This document shows, piece after piece, positions 1 through 11,400 of a DNA stretch of 64,000 nucleotides. The number at the start of each line of letters is the position of its first letter. The first letter of the stretch is position 1. The position numbers and the translations under genes are program-made. The DNA comes from Hormiphora californensis (Eukaryota; Animalia; Ctenophora): contig CM035355.1 in NCBI GenBank assembly GCA_020137815.1, forward strand, positions 3,162,001 to 3,226,000. The letters run 5' to 3'. Below the pieces are notes generated by a model. The model saw only the letters and a program-made list of their open reading frames with translations, was not told the origin of the DNA and made no database searches.

Positions 1-1
1 G

Positions 2-457
2 ATCCATGGGAAACTTGTTGGTTGGTCTATGGACGGTTTCGGGGTTTATACCTACCAAGATGTGGGGGGAGCTGCCCCTATAGTGGACGAATGTGGCGGT
101 CACTTTGGACCAATTGATACGGGTGAGGTGGTATATCACTACCACAGTAGAACGTACGTACCATACCACATGGCATGTCAGGGACCTGCCCTGGGGAACT
201 GTGCGGCCACCCAGCGGGGTACCAGTTACTGTCATCCGGGGTGTGGGGGATATGAGGTGTGCGTTCAACCTGGGACTAATGAGCAGGATCTTAGGGAGTA
301 TCTGGGGCAGTGGGATCCGGAGTGGATAGATCAGTACACTATTAACCCATACCAGGAACGGGAAGAGAAGGATAACAATGTTAACCCCTACCAGGAACAG
401 AAGGAGGGCAATGTTTTTGAAAAACTGGTGAAAGAGATCAAGGAGATGTTCCTCTAA
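2..457 (+). CDS. YHYH-domain protein, C-terminal part (5' end outside window)
   Basis: The frame is open from base 2: IHGKLVGWSMDGFGVY...DECGGHFGP...VVYHYHSRTYVPYHMACQG. This fits the YHYH family pattern (GWxxDGFxxY, DECxGH, YHYH, PY). Confidence 0.75.
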   Translation: MHGKLVGWSMDGFGVYTYQDVGGAAPIVDECGGHFGPIDTGEVVYHYHSRTYVPYHMACQGPALGNCAATQRGTSYCHPGCGGYEVCVQPGTNEQDLREYLGQWDPEWIDQYTINPYQEREEKDNNVNPYQEQKEGNVFEKLVKEIKEMFL

Positions 458-545
458 GCTAGGAGACCATCAAATGAAAATAAATAAGCGAAGGAGTTTT
501 TAAAAGTGAAAGAAAGTTCAAAAGATATTTAAGTCTCTTTCTTAA

Positions 546-1934
546 GGGTACGCTAACCAAAATTTTTTTTCGAGTGCAGGGAAATCTCTCACCGTAGGGT
601 TGTAGGCCATGCCAAGGAGACCTCAAATATGCAATTTGAGCTCTCAAGTCGAATTCATATTTTTGCTACAGCTATTTAAAAAATGTCCTGTAAATACGTT
701 TTTGGCATCTCAAAATTTTTTTTAAAAGATAGGAGCATGAAAATTTGGGGATTTGAAGAGGACATGAAGGGGAATAACCACAAAATTTTTTTTTGTAATC
801 CGAGCTGATTTCCGGTCCTGAGATGGATTTCTTTTTTTCCACTTTAACGCCCTATTTGGCAAAGTTCCGAAAACATGTGAAAGCTGTAAATTGGTGAAAA
901 GTTGCGTCTAACGATTATCTAAGTGGCCATAAATTTTGGGCGTGTCCTTATTTGAAATAAGATGTACAGAGTTTTTTTTGTGAAAGCCGTCATTTCAGAA
1001 ATAGATAAATTCCCTGTATCTCAAAAACGGCTGATCGTAGAGACCTGAGACTATGCTTAAACGATTCAGAAGGTCCGATTTTGGGGGGGTCTTCTGAGAG
1101 ACATTTTGCTCCTACTTCAACCGTTTTTGCTGTAATTGCGAAAAACAAATTCTATGGAAAGGGCAAAAGCTAAACTCCAATATCCTGTAATTAGGGAATT
1201 TTGGCTAAGAAAGGACCGAAACTATGGAAAAATGTGTAACAAGCTAATTCCTTCACTATTTGGTCCATATGGGTCCCTATAATCACCAAAAACAAAATCA
1301 CAAAAAATCCACGATGGCGAAGATGGGTTTTTGTTTTTCGCAATTACAGCAAAAACGGTTGAAGTAGGAGCAAAATGTCTCTCAGAAGACCCCCCCAAAA
1401 TCGGACCTTCTGAATCGTTTAAGCATAGTCTCAGGTCTCTACGATCAGCCGTTTTTGAGATACAGGGAATTTATTTATTTCTGAAATGACGGCTTTCACA
1501 AAAAAAACTCTGTACATCTTATTTCAAATAAGGACACGCCCAAAATTTATGGCCACTTAGATAATCGTTAGACGCAACTTTTCACCAATTTACAGCTTTC
1601 ACATGTTTTCGGAACTTTGCCAAATAGGGCGTTAAAGTGGAAAAAAAGAAATCCATCTCAGGACCGGAAATCAGCTCGGATTGCAAAATTTTTTTTTGTG
1701 GTTATTCACCTTCATGTCTTCTTCAAATCCCCAAATTTTCATGCTCCTATCTTTTAAAAAAAATTTTTGAGATGCCAAAAACGTATTTACAGGACATTTT
1801 TTAAATAGCTGTAGCAAAAATATGAATTCGACTTAAGAGCTAAAATTGCATATTTGAGGTCTCCTTGGTATGGCCTACAACCCTACGGTGAGAGATTTCC
1901 CTGCACTCGAAAAAAAATTTTGGTTAGCGTACCC
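546..1934. mobile_element. Non-autonomous foldback DNA transposon, Kolobok-like (copy A)
   Basis: TTAA at 542-545 and 1935-1938. Termini GGGTACGCTAACC...GGTTAGCGTACCC, ~600-bp inverted arms, ~180-bp spacer (~1150-1329). A TTAA TSD with 5'-RR termini fits Kolobok rather than piggyBac (5'-CC). Confidence 0.85.
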
Positions 1935-2246
1935 TTAAGTCTCTTTCTAAAGTCTAGTAATCATTAAATTTGTAATTATGGCAATGCAGTAGTTGTTCAT
2001 GCAGTACTTACCTACATTCGACCGCGGCGGGAGTAGGGTGGAAGTCAAGTTGATCACGTACAGCTCTGGGAGGTTGATATCATGGCTAGTGCAATATTTG
2101 AGGGGTTACATGTTGTGACACAGAATATATGATTCGAGACAGGTAATAAATACAACAATATGAAATTGAATAACTCATCATAAAACTTAAAATAAAATGC
2201 AATTGCGACAGATTTGATCCAGATATATTCGATCGCCTTCTTTGAA

Positions 2247-2409
2247 CATTAGCCAAGACCATGTTGGCCGCCCCTGGTTAACCATTAGCCAGGACCATGT
2301 TGGCCGCCCCTGGTTAACCATTAGCCAGGACCATGTTGGCCGCCCCTGGTTAACCATTAGCCAGGATCATGTAGGCCGCCCCTGGTTAACCATTAGCCAG
2401 GACCATGTT
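2247..2409. repeat. 36-bp tandem repeat (~4.5 copies) overlapping the CATSPERE-like stop codon
   Basis: The unit CCATTAGCCAGGACCATGTTGGCCGCCCCTGGTTAA is repeated directly in the sequence. Confidence 0.95.
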
Positions 2410-5400
2410 TGCCTTGTCCAAGATCTTCTTCTTGTAACGGAAGTAAAGTACAAAGAGTATAACAAGGGTGATGACACAGGCCGCTACCAACACGATTAGA
2501 CCCAGGTTGGATGAGTTAGGGGCATCCTCTACCCACACCTACAAATAACAAAGAGTTAATGATCATTAGCTGTTCAGAGAAATAGTATGGTATATATCAC
2601 GGCATAATGTGGGTGTGTCATGGCCTTAGTGGACTAAATATTTTCTGGTATTCCACTACAAGAAAATATTTAGTACTAATATTTGTGAGTCAAATAGGAA
2701 CTTACAGCGAATTTTGTGGACAGATGACAGTAAGAACTTCTAGGGTCCACCACAGTCAAGGTGAATGTATAGTTGGCCTTGTGTTTAGAAAACAGGATAG
2801 TATTGACTCCTGTCGAGTTCATAATCTCATACTGGAGATTGCGAGCCTTCCCTTCTAGTGTCACTGTCTCTGAGCTGTGTGAAGTAGTGAAGGGTTATTG
2901 ATCGGGAGTTAGGTCGTGAAAGTTGAGTGGTATGTGGTACTACATATAATTTACCAAAACCAAATACGATGTGAATGTCCATCGTTTTGATGGAGACTTT
3001 TTATGGATAAATCGGTAACTAATATTGTCACAGTCCACATTGTATGATGTAGCCTAAATCGCGAGACGAGAAGCGGTGAGGCATAAAAACCAGCACAAAA
3101 AGGTATTTGGAAGAATTCTGTACACTGTATAAGTAATCCCGGATATCCTGAACAAATAGAATATTCCCAGATCTTCAAGCCAGGATAGCGAGGATTAATT
3201 TAAAACTTACTCAAAGCATGTTTGATAGGTATTTGTATCAGGATCCTGGACGGCCTGAATCAGATCCTCTCTAGCCGGGGTATCCCTCCTACAGCCCATC
3301 TTGGCGTGGGTCATAGTATAGTTGTAGTCAAATCGAGAATTGACCTCATCTAGGATGTAGTCTGCTTCAAGGACACGGGTCGCTTCCTGCAAGAAGGGAG
3401 TTATAGCCAGTGGTCCTATAACCCACCGGTTTTTTCTTGTCCCAATATTCTTTTCATAATCTCTTGCCCCTCGATCTAACAGTCTAACATCACTCTTCCA
3501 GAAAAGGGGTTGACATTGCAATTGACACGTATGACGTACCCCAGTAACCCCCCCCCCCACCCCCCCACCCCCCGAAACCTACCTCTCCATCATAGATCCA
3601 CACATCTGGCGAGAAGGGCTGATCGAACGGCCAGATAATTGGACATCCTAACTCCTCTACATCGTACCCAACTGATAGGTCTACCTCATCTGGAGTGTCC
3701 CTGAAATGGAGACACGGTTAGTACAGGGTGGTCCATGTATAGGGAGCTCTCCGAGAGATTGGATGAGAACTCCCTTTGGGATTGGCCATTTAATTGGGTG
3801 GGATCTGCCATGATGAACACTATAGCGTTTATAGCGTGGGTGAGTTGGGGTGACAAATGGTGAGAGATGACACTGGATTTAAGCTGTCAATTTGACACCT
3901 CCCCTATCTGCCCTGTCAGGCCAATGCTCTGACAGTATCTGCCACATGGAAGATCAGCTACAGCAGGGCACCACAGAAACAAGTTGGCAGTACTGCAAAC
4001 ATGATGCTGACCTTCCTTGCTTCTCTTCTTCTGACCTCAGGTAAGCCTAATAGGCAATAGCTAATATGGTCCAAGTAGGGCTTTTATACTACAACAGTAG
4101 CAAATAAAACATCGGCATCTGAATTCAGTCAGAGAGCCCTCTTTGTATTCAGTGAGAGATCCCTCTCGAGACTACCCGTATAATGTTAGCAACATTACCC
4201 CATCACACTACCCCTGTTTCAGTGTCAGGAGGCATGGTTCCGGTAGTTGAAAACTTAGCCCGGGGTAAACACTGTCTAACGACCTCTAAAGCCCCTGGGA
4301 ACCACCGCTCTTCCCTCGCTGTTGATGGGGGTATTGGGACGTGCTACAAATCAGGGGAGGGAGTAACGGATCCGCTCTGGAGAGTAAGTAATTGGGGGGG
4401 GGGGCTGCTGCTCGGGGAGAGAGGACGGGTTTTAGAAGAACGGGTACTACTTTATGGGCCGAGGTTGAGAGGTTAACATTCATTGTTGAGTGAATGAACA
4501 CTAACATATTTGTTCATTTCCAGGTTGATCTGGAAGAGCTCTACGAAGTGGACAGGATCGTTATCACGCCTGATCCCTCCATCAGTCTGGAGGGTTTAGA
4601 GATCCGGGTGGGGTACAGTAACGAATTCCGGAACCCCCGATCCAACCCTCTCTGCCACTCCGTCCTCAACTCTACATCCTCAGAGTACATCGTCAGGTGC
4701 AAGGAGAAGATAACGAATGGACAATACGTGACCCTCCAGCTCCCGGGATACGATAAAACCCTGAGTTTGTGCGAGGTAGAGGTGTATGGTTCTAAGTTTA
4801 CCCCCCAGAAAGCGTGTTATTATGGTGTTGGTCGGGGTTACAGGGGACACGTCTCCGTAACTAAGTCTGGAAGGAAGTGTCAGGCATGGTCCTCACAGAC
4901 TCCCCATGGCCACAAGTACAAGCCGTACAAGTACCCCGATGCGGAGCTGGAGAGCAACTACTGCCGGAACCCAGATGGTAGCTATGAGCCGTGGTGTTAT
5001 ACCACAGATCCAGATGACAGGTGGGAGGAATGTTTTGAGGGTCCATCCTGTCCTACCGAGTGGAGGGAGGATCTGAGGTGTGGGAAGGAGTTTAGGTTGG
5101 ATACAGGGCGACCCGCTCAATGTGACCCACAGGGAGATTGGTATTGTTGTAGTGCGATTGGGTGGTGTGGCAACACAACAGAGCACTGCCACTGTGATAC
5201 ATGTGTGAATTATAATGGTGATAACCTTGCTATTGGAAAGACGGCGATCCAGTCAACTACTGACCATGATGGACCAGCACCGCTGGCAATTGATGGGACA
5301 AGAGGACGGGATTACTATGCCTCGGAGTCGTGTACCCACACCTATGACAACTTTGTGGGGACTAGTAACCCCTGGTGGAGGGTTGATTTGTATAACGAGT

Positions 5401-8400
5401 ATGAGATCGGCCTGGTGATAGTGATCAACAGAGAGGACTGTTGTGGGGAGAGGTTGGATGGGTTTGAGGTGAGAGCGGGGAACAACAAGGACAAGAAATG
5501 GGATGCTAATCCTGTTTGTGGTGGACCACAGCACGTGGTTGATGGGAAACTGGTGTACATAATTGATTGTGGAGGACGAAGTGCTAGGTACGTGACTGTC
5601 ACCATCCCCGGAGACAACAAGATCCTAACTCTGTGTGAGGTCGAGATCTATAAACCGGTGAAGTCTGTTAACCCATGTGACAACCACGATTGTCATGATC
5701 GTGCCAAGTGCATTCCAGATCACCATGGTAACAAGGGCTACACGTGTCAGTGTACAGCAGGGTTTATTGGTGACGGTGTGAACAGGTGTGACGTCATAGA
5801 TCCGTGTGAGGGAGGTCCCTGTCACGAGCTGGCCACCTGTGCTATCTCCAGCAAGACAAGAAAAGGGTTCGCCTGCACGTGCAACCCCGGGTTTGAGGGG
5901 GACGGAGAGTATGTGTGTATCAGAGAGAATGCCTGTGAGAACCACCCCTGTCCTGATAACTCAACCTGCTACCAGAGCGATAACCCAGCGGGTCATGTTT
6001 GTGTTTGTGATGAGGGCTTCAAAAAGGATGATGAGGATTGTGTCAAGATAGATCATTGCCTCACATCACCATGTCATGACCTAGCCACGTGTTTCCTGGT
6101 GGACACAGCTCCTGGGTATGTGTGCCTCTGTGGGGACGAGTACCGGGGTGACGGGGTGACCCACTGCGACAAGGTAGACCCATGTGAGGCACGTCCTTGT
6201 GGTGATATTGCTGTTTGTACCGCGACTGAAGAGGGATTCACCTGTACATGCCCAGATGGGTATGTGGGTGATGGAGCTGCCTGCGAGAAGGTAAATCCAT
6301 GTGATATGGAGCCATGTCACAGGCTGGCTGAGTGCCAGCAGGTTAACGGTGCCCCTGGTTATACATGTAACTGTAGGGATGGTTGGCATGGTAACGGTGT
6401 TACCTCTTGTGAAGATGTTAACGAGTGTTTTGGAGATGATGTGTTGTGTCATGTTAACGCGACATGTACCAACCTACCCGGATCCTACCAGTGCTCCTGT
6501 AACGACGGTTACCAAGGGGATGGGTTGAGGTGTCACAACAGGAATGAGTGTCTGGAGGGGACTCATGATTGTCTCCGGGGTGAGGCGGTGTGTTATGATA
6601 CCGTGGGCAGTTGGGAGTGTGAGTGTCTCACTGGTTTCCAGGGTGACGGGGTGAATGAGTGTTTGGATATCAATGAGTGTAATGAGTATGAGGGGATTTG
6701 TGATTACCCCAACTCGGTTTGTGTGAACACCCAGGGTGGTGCGAGGTGTGAGTGTGAGAATGGTTTTGAGGGTGATGTTAGGGAGTGTGAGAGGGAGTTT
6801 GATTACAATGCCACTGTCTCCGCTATAAACCCGGTTGTAAAGGGTAAACTGGGCGGAACTTCCAGATTCCATATCCGGATCAGGAACACCAATTTCCGGT
6901 TGACCTACGCCATGATTCAATGGAGGAAGCTGACCCCAAACACCAACCTCTCGCCTCCCCCGGTATCATGGATCAAAACCCCCAACAACAGGAGAACTCT
7001 GAAGATCTCCCAACTCCTCCCCGAGGACACAGGAAAGTACCAGGTTAGGATAGATGGAGTGGAGGATGCTACTGCTACTGTGGAACTCCAACTTCTACCA
7101 GCTATTACCTGCAAGAAACCCAAACTGACTGCCAAGATCGGGGGCACGGCCACATTCCAACTGATGTTCAATATCTGGCCCATGCCTGGGTACAGGATGG
7201 TGGATTGGAGGAAAGGAAAGATGAGTCTGTCTCCCCCACCAAAAGGAGGGAAGTACGGGACACCATTCAATAGGAAGAACCTGATAATTAGGAAAGTAGA
7301 GGCTGGAGATGCGGGGATCTACACTGTCACTGTAAGAGCTGACATCAGGGACCAGACTATTGTGGAGAGTTATGATGTGGAGCTAGTCGTCATACAATAA
7401 TCCTGTGATTTGGAGGAGCTGGGGATGTGGCAAGGTCAAGGATTTAAACCAAATGCAGAATTGCAGAATAGCAACTAACACCTTTGTCAGGTTCCACACT
7501 ATTCGTATCATTAGTGTCTGGGGTAGGTCAGTGTAGTGGTGATATTATTACCTATACTTGTGAGGGATTGTGTAGGTAAGGTCTCTATTCTGGGCGGTCA
7601 CCAAGGGACACTCAGACGGCTTGTCTAGCACCCGGAGGGTCCTGTATCGTGGACAGTCCAGCTTTACATATGTGATGTCCTGATGTATGAGTTGTGTGAG
7701 TGGAGTGATTTATTAGGGGAGAATGGAAATCTGGATATAACTTGTGATTATTGATTATGTAATGTTATGTTGTTGGTGCAATTTAAAATGTATTGTTTTC
7801 TGTTTTTTACAGCCCCCCTCTCTGGCCTGACAACATTTCTCCACGTACCGTAGAGAAAGAAGGACATGGTGGTTGTGCAGCCTCTGGGGTTGCCACAATG
7901 ACAGTCAGACCCCGTACATCGCCTCCTGTTAGGCTGTACATTCTGGGTCATCTTGTTCTCTCCCCTCACTATCTCACTTGCAGATACATAGGACTGTGGG
8001 GGGTATGGTGTGTTTAGCAGGAGTGGTGGAACCGGGATGGAGGGTGATGGAGATTAATTCACGATATATTCCTAAGTTCACAGCCCTTAAATTTAGATAA
8101 TTGTCCTGGTTCTGTATTATATCACTCACCGAGATATTAGAGTGAAGGTGAGTCCGGGGGTATATCTGGTAAAGGACATGGGGGAGATGGTAGTTGGTGG
8201 TGGATGCAGTCACATTGTAGGTGATGTTCTCTGTTTTATCCAGGTATAAATAGGAGTCATCTACAGTTGAGGTGAAGCTCTGTGGGGAGGAAAGGGAATT
8301 AGTTCATATGTCGTGCATTTAGGATGGGTTTGTTAATCTAATAAACTGACAGTCAGGGCTCATTTGGAATATAATCTAAATCTCCAGATGGGTCAGGGTC

Positions 8401-11400
8401 CTACTAAACTTAACTAAGATGTAAAACCTACCCTCAAATAACAAGTATCATCCCTCAGAACAATCTTCAGCAGAATTCCAGTAGACAACTCCATCCTACT
8501 CCCTCCCCCGCCTCCCAGGACCCACATTTCACCAGTTGCTTCAAACCCTACCGCATCCCATTCCTCAAACTCAGACAGAAGTTGAACAACACTCGATTTG
8601 GTGCAGTAACCGTAGTATAGCTTGTCACTGGCAGTTAACATAGCCCATGTATCATGGGAGCCTGGTAGGGGAAGGGAGAATCACGATTACATCAATAAAA
8701 GCATCATTCACAATTGTATTTATGGGCTTCATTACATATCTTACTTGTTACTATACATCGTCAGGAAGATGACTTACTGCTAGCAACAGAGATGGGCGTT
8801 TCAGAGAGAATCTCAGCAGTTTGGAAGGATTTGACACTTGCTAGGGACCGTCCATTGCTGGTCACAAAATATAGCTCACTTCCCTTAAGGACAAGACTGG
8901 AGTGGGTACAAACACCGTACAGTGTACAACCACCCGTGCAGTCAATATCTAGTTCATAACCTAGGGGATTTAGGGATTAATTAGTGGTAATTAAGCATTA
9001 AATAGGTAAATAAGGAGACAGACAGCTGCACCAATGTCAAGGTGGCGAGTAACAATGGCGTGCTTTTACTTAGCGCAGTCTTCGCGCGCCGCGCGCAGTA
9101 AACCCAAAAGTGTAACCGCCCGAATTCTCCAAATCTTACCATTTGAAAACTCTCCGCCACTCAGCTCACCCCAAAAGGTCCCACTGCTGTTGCTCGTTAT
9201 TAGTGAGGTACTGAGGTACGTGGTTGTAAGTGCTCTGATATCCCATGGTCCCCGTGTGATCTGAGATTCGATATGTGATCCATTGAAAAGCATCACATCG
9301 CCAGTTGTAGACCATAGAACGACTGGACTGGTTTGGTGTAGAGACTCAACGAATGGAAGACATTGTTCATTGACAGATAGGTGGGCTGAAAGTGAGAATC
9401 GGGGATTATTAAATAGAAGGAGAACTAAGAAACAGTATGATCAAACTTTACTAGTAAGAGAGAGAAAGGGATGGCAAAAAAGGAAGTTATCATGAATGAG
9501 ATATTATCAGAATGAGATATTATCAGAATGAGATATTATCAGGATCTATGCGATAGTCGATACAAATTAAGGTTATTGGTCTAAACACTAAAGTCTTACT
9601 TGCAGCAACAGGAAGGGTAACTTCACTAGTAGTTCCAGCACCATGTTTCAGTGTTACCAGGGTAGTCCCACCACTCAATAGAAACACAATAGTTCCACCA
9701 TACATTACACCACACTCTATCACGTTATCTGGAGGTGAGGGATTAAATAATGGTAACCGGTTGCCATGGTAACGAAATTAGCCCTCCCTTATTTCATAAC
9801 CAACGGGTTGCCCCCAACAAATAAATGGCAGAAACGGGTTAGATGTTTGTTCAGTTGACTAACAATTGAATCTTTGCCAACTAACAATTAAGATGAAGGG
9901 TGGTGGAAGTCAGGAAGTTGTCATCTGACACTATGACATGTGATCCATTTAGAAAGACAGCCAGCCCGCTGCCACAGTGGTCTGTGCAGAGCAGGGTAGC
10001 AGAGGTGGTAGTGGGAGTAGGTCCGCTGTCTGTTATATTCTCAACACTGAAAAATATTTATTAAACGGGATTTGGGGTTGCCTTGTTTGACCCTCTCTCT
10101 CCACGATGCAATGTAAAAAAGGATTTTAACAAAACAACTTTGGGGTAAAACACGCTTGGTGTCTGATTGTTCACCGGACAGAAATAAAAGCCCTAAAACA
10201 CTTGATTAACCAAACCCTGACAGAAATATAATGCGGTGTGAGTCACACAATTTAATACATAAAGAGCTAATACCTGGCGCTGAGAAGTGGAAGGTTAACA
10301 TCCCCTACAGTGCAGCTGTTAACCAGGACAGGTAACCCAGCTACGTTAACACTGGTACAATGATCCTGGGTAATGGTAACACTCCACCCCAACCCAGGGG
10401 TGTATATTGGACGGTCCAGGGTGTGCTCCTGCTTATCACACCATACCCGCACTTTGGGAACCTACAACAGAGAGGACACATCGGGTTATAATTCAAATAG
10501 TTAGCACTTAGTATATTTGCATATACCTTACTCTCGTTTTTTAAGAAACGCTTTAGTAAGAAACTTTTTTATAAGAAACTTTTCAAATGTAAATCACACA
10601 ATTAAGAGACACCACAACAAAATAGAACACCCCTAACTTGTTTAGTTTCTTGATAAAGGAGAAATTCTTTTTGTTTTTGGATTGGTTACACCTGTAGTTT
10701 CCTAGAAAAAAGTTTCTTATTTAAAAGTTTCTTGAAATATACGAGCTTAATTAACGAGAGTAAGGTATTGTTGAGAAACTAGTTTAGCAGTTCTTGTGAA
10801 ATGTGACCACCAGAAATCTGTGTAACCTCCAGGCCTCCAAATTACAAACTGAGCCTATTTTTAACGAACCTCTCCGAGCATGTAAAACTGACTGGCCAGA
10901 TCATCGTCCCTTGTCCCATTCTCCCCTCTCACCCAGATCTCAATGGTACCCTCCTCTTCGTCATGGGTCACACCCCACTTGTAGCAGCTAGCACTCTTTA
11001 ACATGTGCACCCTGCAACACGTGTTATTGTGGCTCGGGTAATATGGGATAAGGGATATTTTAGGACAATTATTCTATTCTAACTCGTCAACTACCAATTG
11101 TGAGGAAGGTGGGGTCTAAGTTTGCCTTTCTCGACATTCTCTCACAGCACCCCATTTGAGCAAACAGCAGATGATTAAATGTCACGTGGGTTGACCTACA
11201 TGTTCTCTATGAAGTGACCATCTCCACTCAGAGTTACATTTATCAGGCCATGTTGACTGCACACTATCTTCTCAGTAGTCCGTGTAATACTGGACTGACT
11301 GCACTGAGATGGTACATGCCATGTTGTTGCACCCGTTATTGCAGATCCAACATATTGGGCTACTATCGTACTCTGGGATCTGTCATAGGGGGTATGATCT

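Noticed and set aside
542-1938. piggyBac assignment for the TTAA-flanked elements
   Set aside because: The termini are 5'-GG...CC-3', not the 5'-CC...GG-3' of piggyBac. Kolobok fits better.
2953-3052. Open AG-GT bounded stretch in a CATSPERE intron (ATSYNVDCDNISYRF...)
   Set aside because: The flanking exons join in phase without it and match the family spacing.
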